A stretch of DNA of 64,000 bases from Selaginella moellendorffii (GCF_000143415.4 NW_003314402.1:254017-318016), one strand, 5' to 3'. Counted from the stretch's first letter, positions 14,020-28,215 are shown. Notes: generated by a model not told the origin, from the sequence alone. Made by a program: numbers and translations.

Positions 14020-15220
14020 ATGGAAATGGCGGGTAGGGCAGACGAGTGCAAGGTCTGCGAGATCAAGACGCTAGGGCTGGAGAACGATGGCGAGGCGAAG
14101 CGACTGCTACGCGCTGTGGCTGCGCAGGTACAACCGATCATGCGGCGGCGGCGCTGGCGCGTCGGCGTTCTCAGCGAATTTCGGTATGCATTTTCCCCCT
14201 TTCTCGTCGAAATCACTGTTGCTGCTGCTGCCAGGCCGAGAAATCCTTCTTTGCTTGGGCTCAATGTGAATGGAGGACGCGAGATCAAAATCAGGCTTCG
14301 CCGCCATGGGCGAGACTCTGAGTTTTACGAGTATGATTTTGTATTGGGAACAATGCTTCACGAGCTCACTCACATCGAGCGCGGGCCTCACGATGCCAAA
14401 TTCTACAAGCTCCTCGACGAAGTCACAAAGGTAAGATTTCTCTCCTTTTCTTTTCAAGCATCTTCTTGCATAGAAAGTTTTACCTTTGTTTTCGTAAGTT
14501 TTAGCTTCCTAGCTTCGTTTACTCACGTATCTCTTTGTTTCCCCTTTCACGTAAGGAATGCGAGGATCTCATGGCCAAAGGAATCACTGGCACTGGCCAA
14601 GGCTTTGATGCTCCAGGAAAGAAGCTGAGCAACGCTTCACACAACCCGCCGGCCTCGTCGCTACGTAAGACAGCTCTTGCTGCCGCCGAGAAACGCCAGC
14701 GGCTGGGAAGCCTCTTGCCGGCGGGGCCTCAGAAACCAGGAGGAGATATCAGCATGAGGAACTCTCTCAGTCCTGCTCAAGCGGCTGCTATGGCGGCCGA
14801 GAGAAGATTCAGAGATGATTTGTGGTGTGGCGCTCCTGAGACGATTGGAGAAGACGGTGATGGCAAAGCAAAAGACAGAGAGAACAGAGGCAACACTTTA
14901 GAAGCTGGTCCCAGTGAAGCGTGTCGCTACAAAGAAGCACCTCCGCCATCAAAGCGAGCCAAAGTTCCCGAGTGGGAGTGTAACGTTTGCACTCTATTAA
15001 ATCCGGTATGTTCTTCGTTTCTTTCTTTCTTTCTCTTCGTGATTAGACATTGTTTTTGCAGCCCCTTGCGCCAATCTGCGCAGCATGTGGATCCACACAG
15101 CCGGAAGCGAATTTGTCGAAGAACAAAGCGTGGGCGTGCAAGTTTTGTGCGTCGCAAAATCCAGTAGCGATTGATCGCTGCGTTCTTTGCGACGAGTGGA
15201 GATACTCCACAGGACATTAA
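14020..15220 (+). CDS. WSS1: WLM-domain (Wss1-like) zinc metalloprotease with two C-terminal RanBP2-type zinc fingers
   Basis: VQPIMRRRRWRVGVLSEF, LLGLNVNGG, the HELTH zincin motif with GPHDAKFY, and AAAMAAERR. Fingers WECNVCTLLNP.LAPICAAC and WACKFCASQN...RCVLCDEWRYSTGH*. Confidence 0.92.
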
Positions 15221-15269
15221 CAGCAATCACAGGTACTTGAATCTACTGCAAAGATAATCGACTTTTATT

Positions 15270-15760
15270 AAGAAGATACTGTCAAGTATCTCACGCACGT
15301 TTGCCTTCTCCGCGAATTCCTAGTCGACATTGAGCTGAGCCAGTACTCGGTGGTGATCTTGGACGAAGCCCACGAGAGAACACTCAACACTGACATCCTT
15401 CTCGGCTTGCTCAAGCGCCTGGTTGCCTTGAGAAAGCCCGAGCTCAAGCTGATCGTTATCTAGATGGTCACAAGATCTCCCAGTTCTTCGGTGGCAGCCT
15501 CGTTGTCAACATTCCTGGGAAGCTCTTCCCGGTGGAGATCATGTATAGTACCGAGCAGCCAGTGGAGTAGACTTTGATAGAGATCCACGCCAAGGAGCCT
15601 CCGGCTAATATCCTCGTGTTCATGACGGGCCAGGAGAAGATAGAGAAGGTGATCGCCAAGCTGGAGCACAGGGTCCAGGCTTTGGAACAAGGCTCGCGAA
15701 TGGACGCGCTTGTTCTTGGAGACGTCTCTCACGGTTGACGGCGTTGGCTACGTATCAAGA
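15270..15760 (+). pseudogene. DEAH-box RNA helicase fragment (DEAH4/PRP22-like)
   Basis: [45 protein letters not shown]. The SAT motif is deleted, with a stop and frameshift. NIPGKLFPVEIMYS and ILVFMTGQEKIEK follow. Confidence 0.85.
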
Positions 15761-16204
15761 GCTTTGATCTGGGATGCCTGGAAGACGCTCTAGTACTGGC
15801 AGCGATGCTTTGCAACTCGTGCTTAGCATTCTTGAGGCCTTGGAGTTGTTTGTGAGTTTCTCCTCTATGGTGGTCTTGAAGCGTTTCCAAAATCTCGTGT
15901 TTCATTGTTTTATTACTGGAGGTCCTCAGGGCTCTCGTAGCTTTTCATTATGTAAAGTTGATTTTGGACAAGGTGGTGGTGGTGGTGTGACGGAGATTTC
16001 AGCCTATCCTGGACTCGTTCCCTTCTTTTGGAGAAGCCAAATTGATGCTCTCCATTCTTACTTTTGTTTTTGTAATATCTTCCAGATAAATAGTCGTTTA
16101 GTGAACTTTTTTAAAGACAACACAAAACAAAACCTTGTTCTTTTTACATAGAAAACAATTGATATAAATTATACTCATATTGCCTTTTCAAGAAGAAAAC
16201 TAAT

Positions 16205-17090
16205 ATGGATTTAAGTATTACAGTTCTTATTTTTCTACTTTTGAAAGTCATTTACACAACTAAGCTTGTTTCTAGACCAGAAGATACAAATCTTGTAAAT
16301 TCAAATACTACAAATATAATTGTTTCAAGGTTACTTATGATGGTAAATTATGCAATTCCACAGGGTCACACCATACCATTAGGCCAAGGTATAGATCGTC
16401 TTGCTATTATTGAAGATGAAATATTTGGTAATATAACTGTTGTTATGCAAATATGGCTTTTCAGTGTTGAAATACAGATATTGTTCTACTAACCCTTCTG
16501 GTGAGGAAAGAAACACTACTATAGTAAGATATGAATTAACTAACTTAATAATGCAATATCATCCTACTCTTCTAAATCTTGGATCCAGATTAATTTCATT
16601 AACATCAGGGATATATGCTATTTATTACTGGATTATGAATATACCTCCTCAAGGAGGATCTAGAGAAATATTAACTAGTGACTTTAATGATTGTCAAATT
16701 TACTCGCATTCATTATTTAGTTCTACATTATATGACATTTTATTACCCTATTATTTTATAAGCTCACTAAATAAAAAAGCACTTCTATATTTACATCCTA
16801 ATTGTAAACTAGAACTTTATATAAGAAATGAAGCAAAATGGTCAATATTAGAAAACTATAAAAATTGTTATCTTATATTACAGCCTGATGGAAATTTAGT
16901 TTTTTACTCTGAAAACAAAAAACCTTTATGGTCACCAAATAAATATTGCAAAGCTAAACCTAATTGTCTAATGAGTACATATCTTTCTTTACAAAATGAT
17001 TGTAATTTAGTTTTATATAAAAACTATCAACATATGTTTTCTAAAAATATTAAAAATATTCCTCTTTGGTCAACTAATACTTTTTGCTAA
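16205..17090 (+). CDS. AT-rich secreted protein with a C-terminal bulb-type (GNA/B-)lectin domain; two ORFs joinable by one intron or a frameshift
   Basis: Hydrophobic N-terminus MDLSITVLIFLLLKVIY. QPDGNLVFY..PLWS and QNDCNLVLY..PLWSTNT lectin motifs. TATAAA at ~16163. Intron 16389-16464 (AAG|GTATAG...CTTTTCAG|) restores the frame. Confidence 0.65.
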
Positions 17091-17321
17091 GGGTTAAGAT
17101 CTTTTCTTAATCATAAATTAGATTTATGTCCTACTTTACATTAACATTAGATAGATCCATACAAAATAAATATTATAAATATATAATATACATTCTCAAT
17201 ATGATTGTTATAATAAAGGGAGGTATGTATTATACCCTTGTTAATTTAGACTCGCACACTTAGAAAGGAAAAAGGACAATTTGTTTCTGCAACTTTTTCA
17301 AAATCAATAATGTGAGTATGT

Positions 17322-17672
17322 CGGCCGTGGCCTCAGAAACTAGGAAATATCAGCATAAGGAACTCTTTCAGCTCAAGCGGCTGCTATGGCGACCAAGAGA
17401 AGACTAGAGATGATTTGTGGTCCTGAAACGATTGGAGCAGAACAGGGAGAACAGAGGCAACGGTAGTGCCAGTGAAGCATCGGGAATGTAACGTTTGCGG
17501 TATGTTCTCGTTTCTTTCATATTTTTCTTCGTGATTTGACATTGTTTTGGCAGTCGCTTGTGCGTCGCAAAATCCAGAAGCGATCGATCGCTGCGTTCTT
17601 TGCGACGAGTGGAGATACTCCACAGGACATTAACAGCAATCACAGGTCCTTAAATCTACTGCAAAGATAATC
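17322..17672 (+). pseudogene. Deleted duplicate of the WSS1 3' half and 3'UTR
   Basis: Colinear with 14717-15260, including the near-identical stretch gatcgctgcgttctttgcgacgagtggagatactccacaggacattaacagcaatcacagg. Confidence 0.88.
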
Positions 17673-17687
17673 GTTTTCGCCTATGCA

Positions 17688-17838
17688 GATCTCTGTCAAT
17701 ATGACAAAACAATAGAGCTTCCGAGTACGCTCTATGCTTCGCTCTAAACAATGGAGATCTCCAAATTCTCTGATCTCTGTCAGTAGGATAAAACAAGAGC
17801 TTCTATGCTTCGCTCTAAACAATCGAGAACTCCAGATT
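17688..17838 (+). repeat. Two-copy imperfect tandem repeat (~85 nt)
   Basis: gatctctgtca...aaaacaa..gagctt...ctatgcttcgctctaaacaat.gaga.ctcca occurs twice. Confidence 0.7.
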
Positions 17839-18247
17839 TATTGTCATTCGCTTTTATCCTTTGATCCAAAAAAACTGTGTGTCACCTCATCCAGTGACCA
17901 CCTTCCTCTGGATTTTAAAGTTTTGCAGTGAAGGCCTTCTTTATCTGCTGTCCACACTTCTTTGGCTACGTGTCAGTTGACCCGTCTTCGTACCGCCATC
18001 GTACGTAGTGGCCGTACTTGAAGGTCCAATTTGGAGATTTTAGGGCATTATCAGGGTTCATCGATGGCGGAATGGGGCGGTGCGCTATCAGCCGCGAGCC
18101 GCGAGGTGTAAGATCCTGCCGCATTCTATCGCTTTCTTCCTAGCGATCGTGTAGCGAGCGAGCGGCCGGCGAAATTCCGGAGCTTCGGTTTCATGCCCCA
18201 GGTCTTCTTTGGAGGAGAGAGGGGATTTGGGAGATCTTTATGCCGCC

Positions 18248-19717
18248 ATGCCACCGCCAGTGGAGAATGCTGAGGCGAATTCCGGGCGATTCGTGACGCT
18301 GCGGGAAATTATGATCACAATTGCGGGGCTCCTGTTGGTGGTTCTCACCCTTGTTCTTGGAAGAGCCAGTGCCATGGTCGTTCTCATCACTGCCAAGAAC
18401 GAGACGCTGCCATTCCCGGATATGGAAGCTAGCTTCGGTAAGGAAAAGCTTTGGAATTTGTGTCTAGCGTGGAATTCTCATCTTTCTCTTCTCTTTCAGC
18501 GCCTCGAGTTCCAGCGTCTGGAATTTCCGGCCTGTTCTACGAAGCGTACCCTCTCAATGCATGCGACGCGATCATCAATGGTCCGGGGCTTTTGATCGGC
18601 AGCATTCCGGTTTTCGCGATTGTGGAGCGAGGGGGCTGTAAGTTTGACGAGAAGATCTTGAATGCCCAGGATGCTGGATTCAGTGCCGTGATCGTCTACA
18701 ACAACGAAGAGGGCCATGATTTGATCTCAAGTAAGTGGAGTGTGCTTTTTCCATGAGCAGTTCTTTGATTCTTTCCTTTCCAGTGTCTGGATCATCAGAC
18801 GACGTGCGCATTCCAGCCGTTTTCGTTTCAAAGTCCGCTGGCGAGACGCTGCTCGAGTATTCCAAACAGATTGGAGCTCGCTGCTACATTCTGCCGGCCA
18901 TTGAGAACACGGCCTGGTCAGTCATGGCCGTGTCGTTCATCTCACTGCTCGCCGTCACCGCGGTGCTCACCACTTTCCTGTTCGTCCGGAGATACAGACT
19001 GCGTCACCTCGGCTCCAGATTGCTCCTTCTGCGAGACTCTTACGGAATGAGCGCACGGGAAGTGAAAGCTCTCCCTACAGTCATATTTAAATGCTTGGGC
19101 GATGGCCAGGGGACGTCAGATACTTGCGCCATCTGCCTGGAAGACTATGAATCCGGTGAAAAGCTCCGAGTTCTACCTTGCCACCATGGTGAGTTTCCTT
19201 GTTTTCTCTTCGTGCTATGTTGTTCTTACGCTCTCTTCTTTCAGATTTCCACGCGGCTTGTGTAGATCAGTGGCTTACGACTCGACGGCCATTCTGTCCG
19301 GTTTGCAAGAGGGATGCGCACAACAAAAACGAAGAGCCGCCGCCATCCGAGAGCACACCGCTACTAGCAGCCACTGCCGTGTCCCCGCCGGCTACTACCC
19401 AACCAGCGGCTACTCAGACCTCCCCGGTTGGAGATGGAGCTTGCGACGATGAGTCCGCTCGGGGTGCTTCCTCGCTGAGAGAAACTCCCGTGGGATCGCC
19501 GTCTCCAACCGAGGAGAGCTCCTCGCCAGGTCGGGCTTTTGGATTTCATAGTGCTCCAGATACGTTTTTGCAGATTGACGATGATTCCAGCGCCGCTGCC
19601 ATCACCGACACGACCACCACCACCGCTTCTTCTTCAGACCACCATCGCCACAACCACTCGAGGTGCTACAGCGACATAAACTCGAGCAGTAGTAGCAGCG
19701 TGGAGCGCTTGTGCTGA
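18248..19717 (+). CDS. RMR: RMR-type PA-domain / transmembrane / RING-H2 protein
   Basis: Signal peptide, FPDMEASF|APR, PA domain ([29 protein letters not shown]), [24 protein letters not shown]2 CAICLEDY...[15 protein letters not shown]...CPVCK, and a Ser-rich tail. Confidence 0.92.
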
Positions 19718-20029
19718 GACTCGAAAAGAATTCACTTTGTCTCTTTTCTTACGCGTGGTTTTTGTGTAAATTTCCCTCCTCTCTGGCTTCAAAACTTTGG
19801 GACTGGCAGAGTAATGTAATCTAATAAAATGTAACCATCTGCCTTTGGAAAATCTTTTTCATGTTTTAGAGTAGTCATCAAATCGCTGTAGGATCTTTTT
19901 TATAATTTACTAATGAAATTTATCTTTTAATGCAAATTGTTTGTGTGATTATAAGTTTTTAAAAAACATTATACAACTAATTAATAACTTATCATATTAA
20001 TAATTACTGAAAAAATCACGACTTCCGGA

Positions 20030-20460
20030 ATGGCCAACACGCTCAATGCTAAAGAGTTCTTCTATTGCAGCATGCCACACAGGAACCTGGCGTCTTGGAA
20101 CGCGATGCTGGGTCGGCGCGTGGACGATGCCGCAGCGTGGCTCCACACGCTTCCAGAGATTGACACCGTCTAAACGCTCGAGCGATCGAAGCTTTCAATG
20201 TCTTCCACGCGATGAAAGCTGTGGAGCTCCCGGATCAAACTTGCTTTGTGACCATCCTCAATGCCTGTAGAAGCTCTACCTTGGAAGGAGCTACATGGTG
20301 TCCATGGGTCTCGACTATGGAATCTCTCCCACTAAGCAGCACTACTGCTACATGGTTGATCTCCTGGGACGAGGTGGTCTCTTGGACGCTGCGTTGGAAC
20401 TTGTCACAAACATGCCATACGTTCCCAGAGTGGCCTTGTGCTAATGTAAAAGAGAAGTAA
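20030..20460 (+). pseudogene. Deleted, inverted copy of the 3' part of the PPR gene at 11195-13114
   Basis: Matches the reverse complement of ~11850-11215 (CSMPHRNLASWNAML; MKAVELPDQTCFV; MVDLLGRGG.LDAALELVTNMPYVPE) with deletions. Confidence 0.88.
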
Positions 20461-20503
20461 TGAAATAGCTCTAATAGCCATAACCCCTGAACCCTAGGAC
20501 GCT

Positions 20504-21766
20504 ATGGCGATGGCGATGAGCGTCTTCCTGGCGGGCCTTCAAATGCGGGGCATTCGCGGCTCTCTGGTGGGCGCTTATTATCCTTTTGTTCGGATCTAGT
20601 GCCATTCTTTTCACTCTGTTGCGTCTTAGATAGAAGGAAAGCTTCGTTGCATTCTTGTTACTTTCTCTTCGGGTTTTAAAAGCTGGAAGTGTTTTGTGTT
20701 GGATTTTTTTTTTTTTTGCTAGCTTGCAAACAAGGACACGCATCGACCGCTTCGCTGTTCTTCCAGCGGCGGCGATCAAGACACTGCTAGTTCCAGTTCC
20801 TACGCGAGCTTCGACTGGGATTCGGAGGCTCCCTCCGCCAAGGAGCAGCGCCGGCTCATTCGCAAGGAGCTGGCGAGGAAAGCCATGACCGAAGTTGTGA
20901 AGAACATGGAGGAAGTGGACTACCCGCTGTGGATGGACGACGAGGGCGATCCCGAGTGGAACGATGACGAGCCCGACGATGGGTGGGGATTCGACGTCTC
21001 TAAGTTCTTCGAGAAGCCAGCAGCGAAGAACTCGACCAAGAACAAGCAGGACAAGAGAAATAGTTCTACTTCCAGTGTTGCTGCCACTTTGGAGAGTGAT
21101 GGTTCAGACTCAGAGGCTGATTACGATGCGTGGGATCTGGAAGACAAGTTCCAGTGGATGGTGTGGGAGATCTCTCAGAGCGAGTGGCACGACGCTGTGT
21201 TTGAAGATAAGAGGCCTTTGCTGGTGTTCGTCTATGAGAGATATGGTCCCAGGTAAGTGAAGCTATGTTTCGAGCTCTTTGTTCTAACTTGGTTTCATCC
21301 AATCCAGATCGAACGCTTGCTTTCAAACTTTGAAGGAGCTGGAGAAGGCAGTGAAGACTTTCTACGATAAGAAAAAGATTGCTCTAAGAGTACGTAGCTT
21401 TTGTATCGTTCTAGAGTTTCATATGCTTGATCTATAAGCAGGCTGCGAGGATTGACGCACAGAGAGATCGAGACATGGTCGCGGCTCTCAAGCTCGATAG
21501 CTTTCCTGCGTTGCTTGTTATAAGGGAGTCGAAGCTACTCCACCGGATATATGGTAAGTTTGTGTGAGCAATTCTAAGTTTCTCTTCTTTTTCTTGGTTG
21601 TACAGGCTCTAGGACAGAGGATGAAATCCTCCAAGCCACAGCACACTTTTTCCACGGAGCTCGAAGGCCTGCGTTTTTGGGAACCGGTTTAACAACCGTG
21701 GAAGCGGTTCCAGAGTGCAAGCCAACAAAGAAAAAAGAAAGTAAAGTCAACAAAGCTTTGGAATGA
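20504..21766 (+). CDS. MRL7: Plastid thioredoxin-like fold protein, MRL7/RCB/NCP family
   Basis: Transit-peptide-like start, then DPEWNDDEPDDGWGFDVSKFFEK, EWHDAVFEDKRPLLVFVYERY, ELEKAV, IDAQRDRDMVAALKLDSFP and RTEDEILQATAHFFHGARRPAFL. These match recalled MRL7/RCB motifs. Confidence 0.85.
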
Positions 21767-21832
21767 TGAATCCATGAATGAGTTTTATAATCTTCGCATG
21801 GTCTTAACCAGAAAACAAAAAATCTGAGTGAT

Positions 21833-23647
<1,815 letters not shown>

Positions 23648-23963
23648 CTAGAAAACCAAGTCGCTCGATGCTCTTTCGTTGCTCTCTCGATCCTCTAGAG
23701 AATGTGTATCACAAAAAAAAGGACACCTAGCTATCACGCATGTGTTTCTAAAGACCCGGTTGAGATATATACGCGCACGGATAAACACGCAGCGCGAGTA
23801 GTCAGCAGACAAAAAAAAACTCCAAACGATTACGCTCACACCTCACAAGAATAAACAAAGCAAAATTCAATACGTTGCAAAAACTAAAACAGGTAGAAAA
23901 CAAAGATCCAAAGGGGAAATGAAAATGCAATCGGATATGGACTAGCATGCAGGCCTGGATCGA

Positions 23964-24160
23964 GGATTTCATAGTTCTCCAGATGCGTTTTTGCAGATTG
24001 ACGATGATTCCAGCGCCGTTGCCAACACCAACACCACCGCCGCCACCTTCGGACCACCATCGCCATAGTCACTCGAAAGTCGAGCAGTAGTAGCAGCGTG
24101 GAACGCTTGTGCTGAGACTATTTGCTCTTTTTCGTTCTTACGCGTGGTTTATGTAAATTC
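23964..24160 (+). pseudogene. Duplicate of the RMR 3' end and UTR
   Basis: Colinear with 19541-19772 (ttttgcagattgacgatgattccagcgcc...tcgagcagtagtagcagcgtgga.cgcttgtgctgagact). Confidence 0.88.
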
Positions 24161-24183
24161 CAAGATCTCGCAAGGAGCTCAGT

Positions 24184-26220
24184 ATGAGGTGCTGCCGGTG
24201 GAGCAAAGGTATAGATGAAGAGAGTGGATTGCAAATGATTCTGGGAAAATTGCTACCCCAGCTCGAGCGACGACGAGGGAGACGATATATCGACCGCATT
24301 GGCAGCGGAGTGGCCAGTGCTGTAACTCACGGCCATGTGAAGCTTAACATGGATGCGTACAATGACAAAAACGAAGGTCGGCTTTTTCTTTGCACTCTTT
24401 TCTTTTCTTCTTCGAACACAATCTTGTTGACGATTATGTAAGTCGTTGCCTTCACTTTCCTTTATGATTTTTTCCTCCATTTTTTCCTTTTTTTTTCTCT
24501 GGGAAACTAAAGCATGGCTTTCGGGATGAGGAGGAGGAGGAGATAGAGGATGAAAGAATCAAGCCTATCTTCTGATTGTGACTGCCAAACCCAGAGATGA
24601 AGTTGGATCCTCGAGGTAGTCATTTTTTCTGTGGCTTCGCTTTTCTCTTCCTGTAGAGATTGAACAGGTGAGCTTTCCAGAAAAGTAATGGCAACAGTAA
24701 GCAGAGTTCTCTTAAGTCTCATACTACAGAAAATGACTGACAGTCTTGTACGTAGGTACAATCTGTTAGTTCAATCACAATGGCTTGTAACTCTATTTGC
24801 AAGCCAGCAGTTTATCGAGCAAAGTCAATTTGGTCCAGCTGGGTGTGCATCACCTGAAGATTTTCTGGAGCTTAGCTTGCCGGACAGCCACTGCCTCTGG
24901 GAGGAGCCACTGACGGATAATCTCGGCCGTGTCAGGACAATGCAAAACTTTTGGCTGCTCAGGCTGGAACTTTTTGTGGGAGGACATGCTTGGACGATTG
25001 CAGATCGAAAAGAATGATGATGGATGGACAGATGACGTTCAACAGCAGGATTTGTGGCATGCAAAGTTATTTCCGGCTCCATCAAGCCATCTTCACGGCA
25101 AACTCTGCAGCTAGTTCAGCGTGGAGGTCGTTCATGCCCGAGAGCATTGCCCCAAATCAGTGAACTCTTGCAGCTCTGCAAAACTGAGTCGTTTTGCAGC
25201 TAGCCACGCCTTCGAAATACTGGCAAGCGACTTCGGGGACAGAAGTGAATTTTTTGTTTCTACGTGTCCTTTACAGATGGTGTGCTGGGAAGTAACTACT
25301 TCGTCTTCAACCATCTACTGTAAGCCTTCCCGTTCGGCTTGACTTCGTTGGTGGCTGGAGCAAAGGCTGCGTGCTCAACATGGCAGTCTACTACCTGTTG
25401 GCTGCTCAAGAAGATTCCTGGCGTGAGTTTAAAAGCTCCTTTCGATGAGAACGATCCGTTTGGCCGCGCTGGTGGTAACAGGCCGGACGAGTCTCAACCC
25501 TCGAGCGTCTGTTCCCCAGTGCAGTGGTCTAGGCACCTCGAGCATTCTAGCAGCTGCGGTACTCGAAGTGAGTGGCGGTAACACGGCAAAGACAGCGTTG
25601 CAGCGCTGGAGTTGGTGCTAGAGCAACTTATGGGAACTGGAGGGCAAGTTGGAGGGATTTATCCTGGTCTAAAAGCTCACGACGAGCCTCCCATCGAAGC
25701 CACTCACATTTTCGGTCGAGACAGTACCTTTGCCTCCAGATGTCCGGGAAGAACTTGAGCATCGAATGCTCCTCGTCTTCACTAGACAGGTAAGTGTCAT
25801 TTGCAAACATCACGTTTTCTTTTCTTTCTTTTTCCAGGTGAGAGAAGGTTCTACAAAAAGTTGTCAAGCGTTACTCTGTCATCAATCCAACAAGCTGGCA
25901 AAACTGCGACGGGATGGTTTTGTCAAGCAAGATCTTGACACTGTGGGGATGATAATGCAAGAGGCATGGCAAATCCACCAAGAACTCGATCCCACGTTCT
26001 CGTCGATGCGATTTTCAAGAAGATCACCCATCTTAGCTGCGGCTACACGCTCGTAGGCGCTGGTGGAGGTGGATTTGCGATTGTTATGGCCAAAGAGGGG
26101 GACTCGGCAGGAATTATCAGAGAATTTCTCTCCTCCAGTTTCAAGGATTCGATCGAGCTCTACAGCGGAGTGGCTATGATATATAATGATCCAAGTGTTA
26201 TTTACATCGGCTACGTTTAA
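24184..26220 (+). pseudogene. FKGP: Bifunctional fucokinase / GDP-fucose pyrophosphorylase remnant; 5' boundary approximate
   Basis: VSLPVRLDFVGGWS, GCVLNMA, PFDENDPF, SGLGTSSILAA, LVLEQLMGTGG..GGIYPGLK, ELEHRMLLVFT, EAWQIHQELDP and GYTLVGAGGGGFA, in multiple frames with deletions. Confidence 0.85.
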
Positions 26221-26224
26221 GTGT

Positions 26225-26800
26225 AGCAAGCTCTCGTTCACAAAAGCCAAGCACAAGAGTTCCTTGATATTTTTGTAATGCCACATTTGCATGATGCAGA
26301 GTTTGAATAACTTCATGAGCCTTCCTTGATACTACAATCGCCATGAATTCCAGCTCTTGTGTAGGTTAGCTTTCAGAGCGAGGAAGACCTGATTGCCACA
26401 GGCGACTTCAAGCTGTAGCCTTCGGCAAGGATGAGCGTCTTGAGCAGCCGACAGTTGGATAGAAAATTTGAGATGTCGTCAATAGTCAAGCTGTGAGCTG
26501 AGCTCCTGTATCAGAGAGAAGTTGGTGTGATCAAAAGCTTGCAACCATGATCAACTTCTCAAGCCTGTCACAACCTATAACTTTCACAACAACGCAATCC
26601 CCTACGGGTAAAAATCCAGCTCTTTCAGATCCACCATATCCATCCATAACCAGAGTTTTACTTCCATATAGCTTACAGTCCTCCATAACTAATACTTCAA
26701 GCTTCAGACAAGCTTGCACCATATCATCAAAACAGACTTGGGTATAGAGGCGAAAGAACTGGAAGCCCAGTTTTGAATGCCATTTCCTTCGGTTTCATGC
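26225..26800 (-). pseudogene. LRR (F-box/LRR-like) fragments
   Basis: ACLKLEVLVMEDCKL, IGCDRLEKL and NCRLLKTLILAE-like cysteine-containing LRR pieces; no continuous ORF. Confidence 0.45.
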
Positions 26801-27379
26801 TTGAAACCCATTCAAAACCTCCTAGAAACCAGAAACATCAAGTGCTGATAGATTTGTCAAGCTTTGTCCAATCAATGCCACTCACCTCCATTTACCATCT
26901 TTTTTAGTTCATCATTACCCTGCTTCCTCCATGCTTCACGATCACTCATAAAAGCATGAGCATTGTGAGTCTTGACCAGCCAGGATGCCAACTGGTGCTA
27001 AACTCAGTTGAGACTTCCAAAAAAAACCCTTAATTTATGTCCTAAAATGCAAATAATGATTTTAATGAATTGATTCTTAGAACAATGGTGCTTGATTAGG
27101 AATGTCAATCTCTTCATTTATGTTTTTGGTAAAGGAATTAAATATATATAGTGGTCTACCAAAACGAATCAAAGTGCATTTTACTAAAGTTTTAGGCATG
27201 ATATTAAAGCATATACTACTTTTTCTCCATGTTCAAAACAAATTTGCTAAATGTTTATAGAGCAAATCATAAATGTCTTTTTGGCTTTACCTTTTACAAC
27301 AAATTTATAGAGTTGGCATTTTGATAAAGCATTTACTTCTAGAACTAGTATATAGAGTGTTACTCAATCTAATGCTACA

Positions 27380-27575
27380 AGTGCTTCTATAGGCTATAAG
27401 GGATTATTTGTTGGTCGAAAGCAAATGCAAAATAATAACATTGAGGAAATATTTGATGACATAAGAAATATGAATTTAAATTATATGATATCAAAGTTCA
27501 TCATCTTAAATGCCATACCATTTAATATTGTCAAAAATCTGTATTTTCATGAAATGATTAAGATATTGTAATGTT
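27380..27575 (+). mobile_element. Highly decayed hAT transposase remnant in AT-rich DNA
   Basis: FIILNAIPFNIVKNLYFHEMIK* resembles the IPFN.....F..M motif upstream of the hAT DUF659 domain. Confidence 0.45.
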
Positions 27576-28215
27576 AGACTTGGTGCTGCATAAAAAATTC
27601 TTGGTTACAAGAAGCTTCATACTACTCAAACTCACTCATCACTATACTCTAATCAAATGATAAGTGAATTGAGTAGTATGAAGTTTTTTATAACTAAGAA
27701 TCCTCAATTGTAACATAAGGTTTAACATTACAAACGATTGTAAATATTATGTGAAAATATAGCATTTGACAATTGTAGAAAGTAAAGCCAACAAAGCATT
27801 CATGATTTACTCCATAAACATTATATGAGTTTGTTTCTGAACATGGAAAAAAGAATGTTTGAAACATTACATATTTCAATATTATACCTAGAAATTTTAA
27901 TAAAATGAACCTTGATTCATTTTGGCAAACTACTATATATTTGTCCATAGTAATTACACCTTTAATATTCAACTCCTTTGCCAATAACACAAGTGGAGAT
28001 ATGGGACCAAGTAAATGCCATTGTTCCAAGTGTCTCAAAATCAATTGCTAAACATTAGAATATAATTGATGGAATTACTGGAATCATGAGTTGCATTACA
28101 AAGGACGTTTTTTGGGAATAAATAAAACTAAGTGTTTCACTGAACAGACTGCATTCAGAAGCAATTGCCATCCTAGCTGAATGCAGTCAAGATTCACAAT
28201 GGTCTAGTTCATATG

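Noticed and set aside
27694-28044. 116-aa minus-strand ORF in AT-rich DNA, faint DUF707-like words
   Set aside because: Similarity too weak to support by eye.
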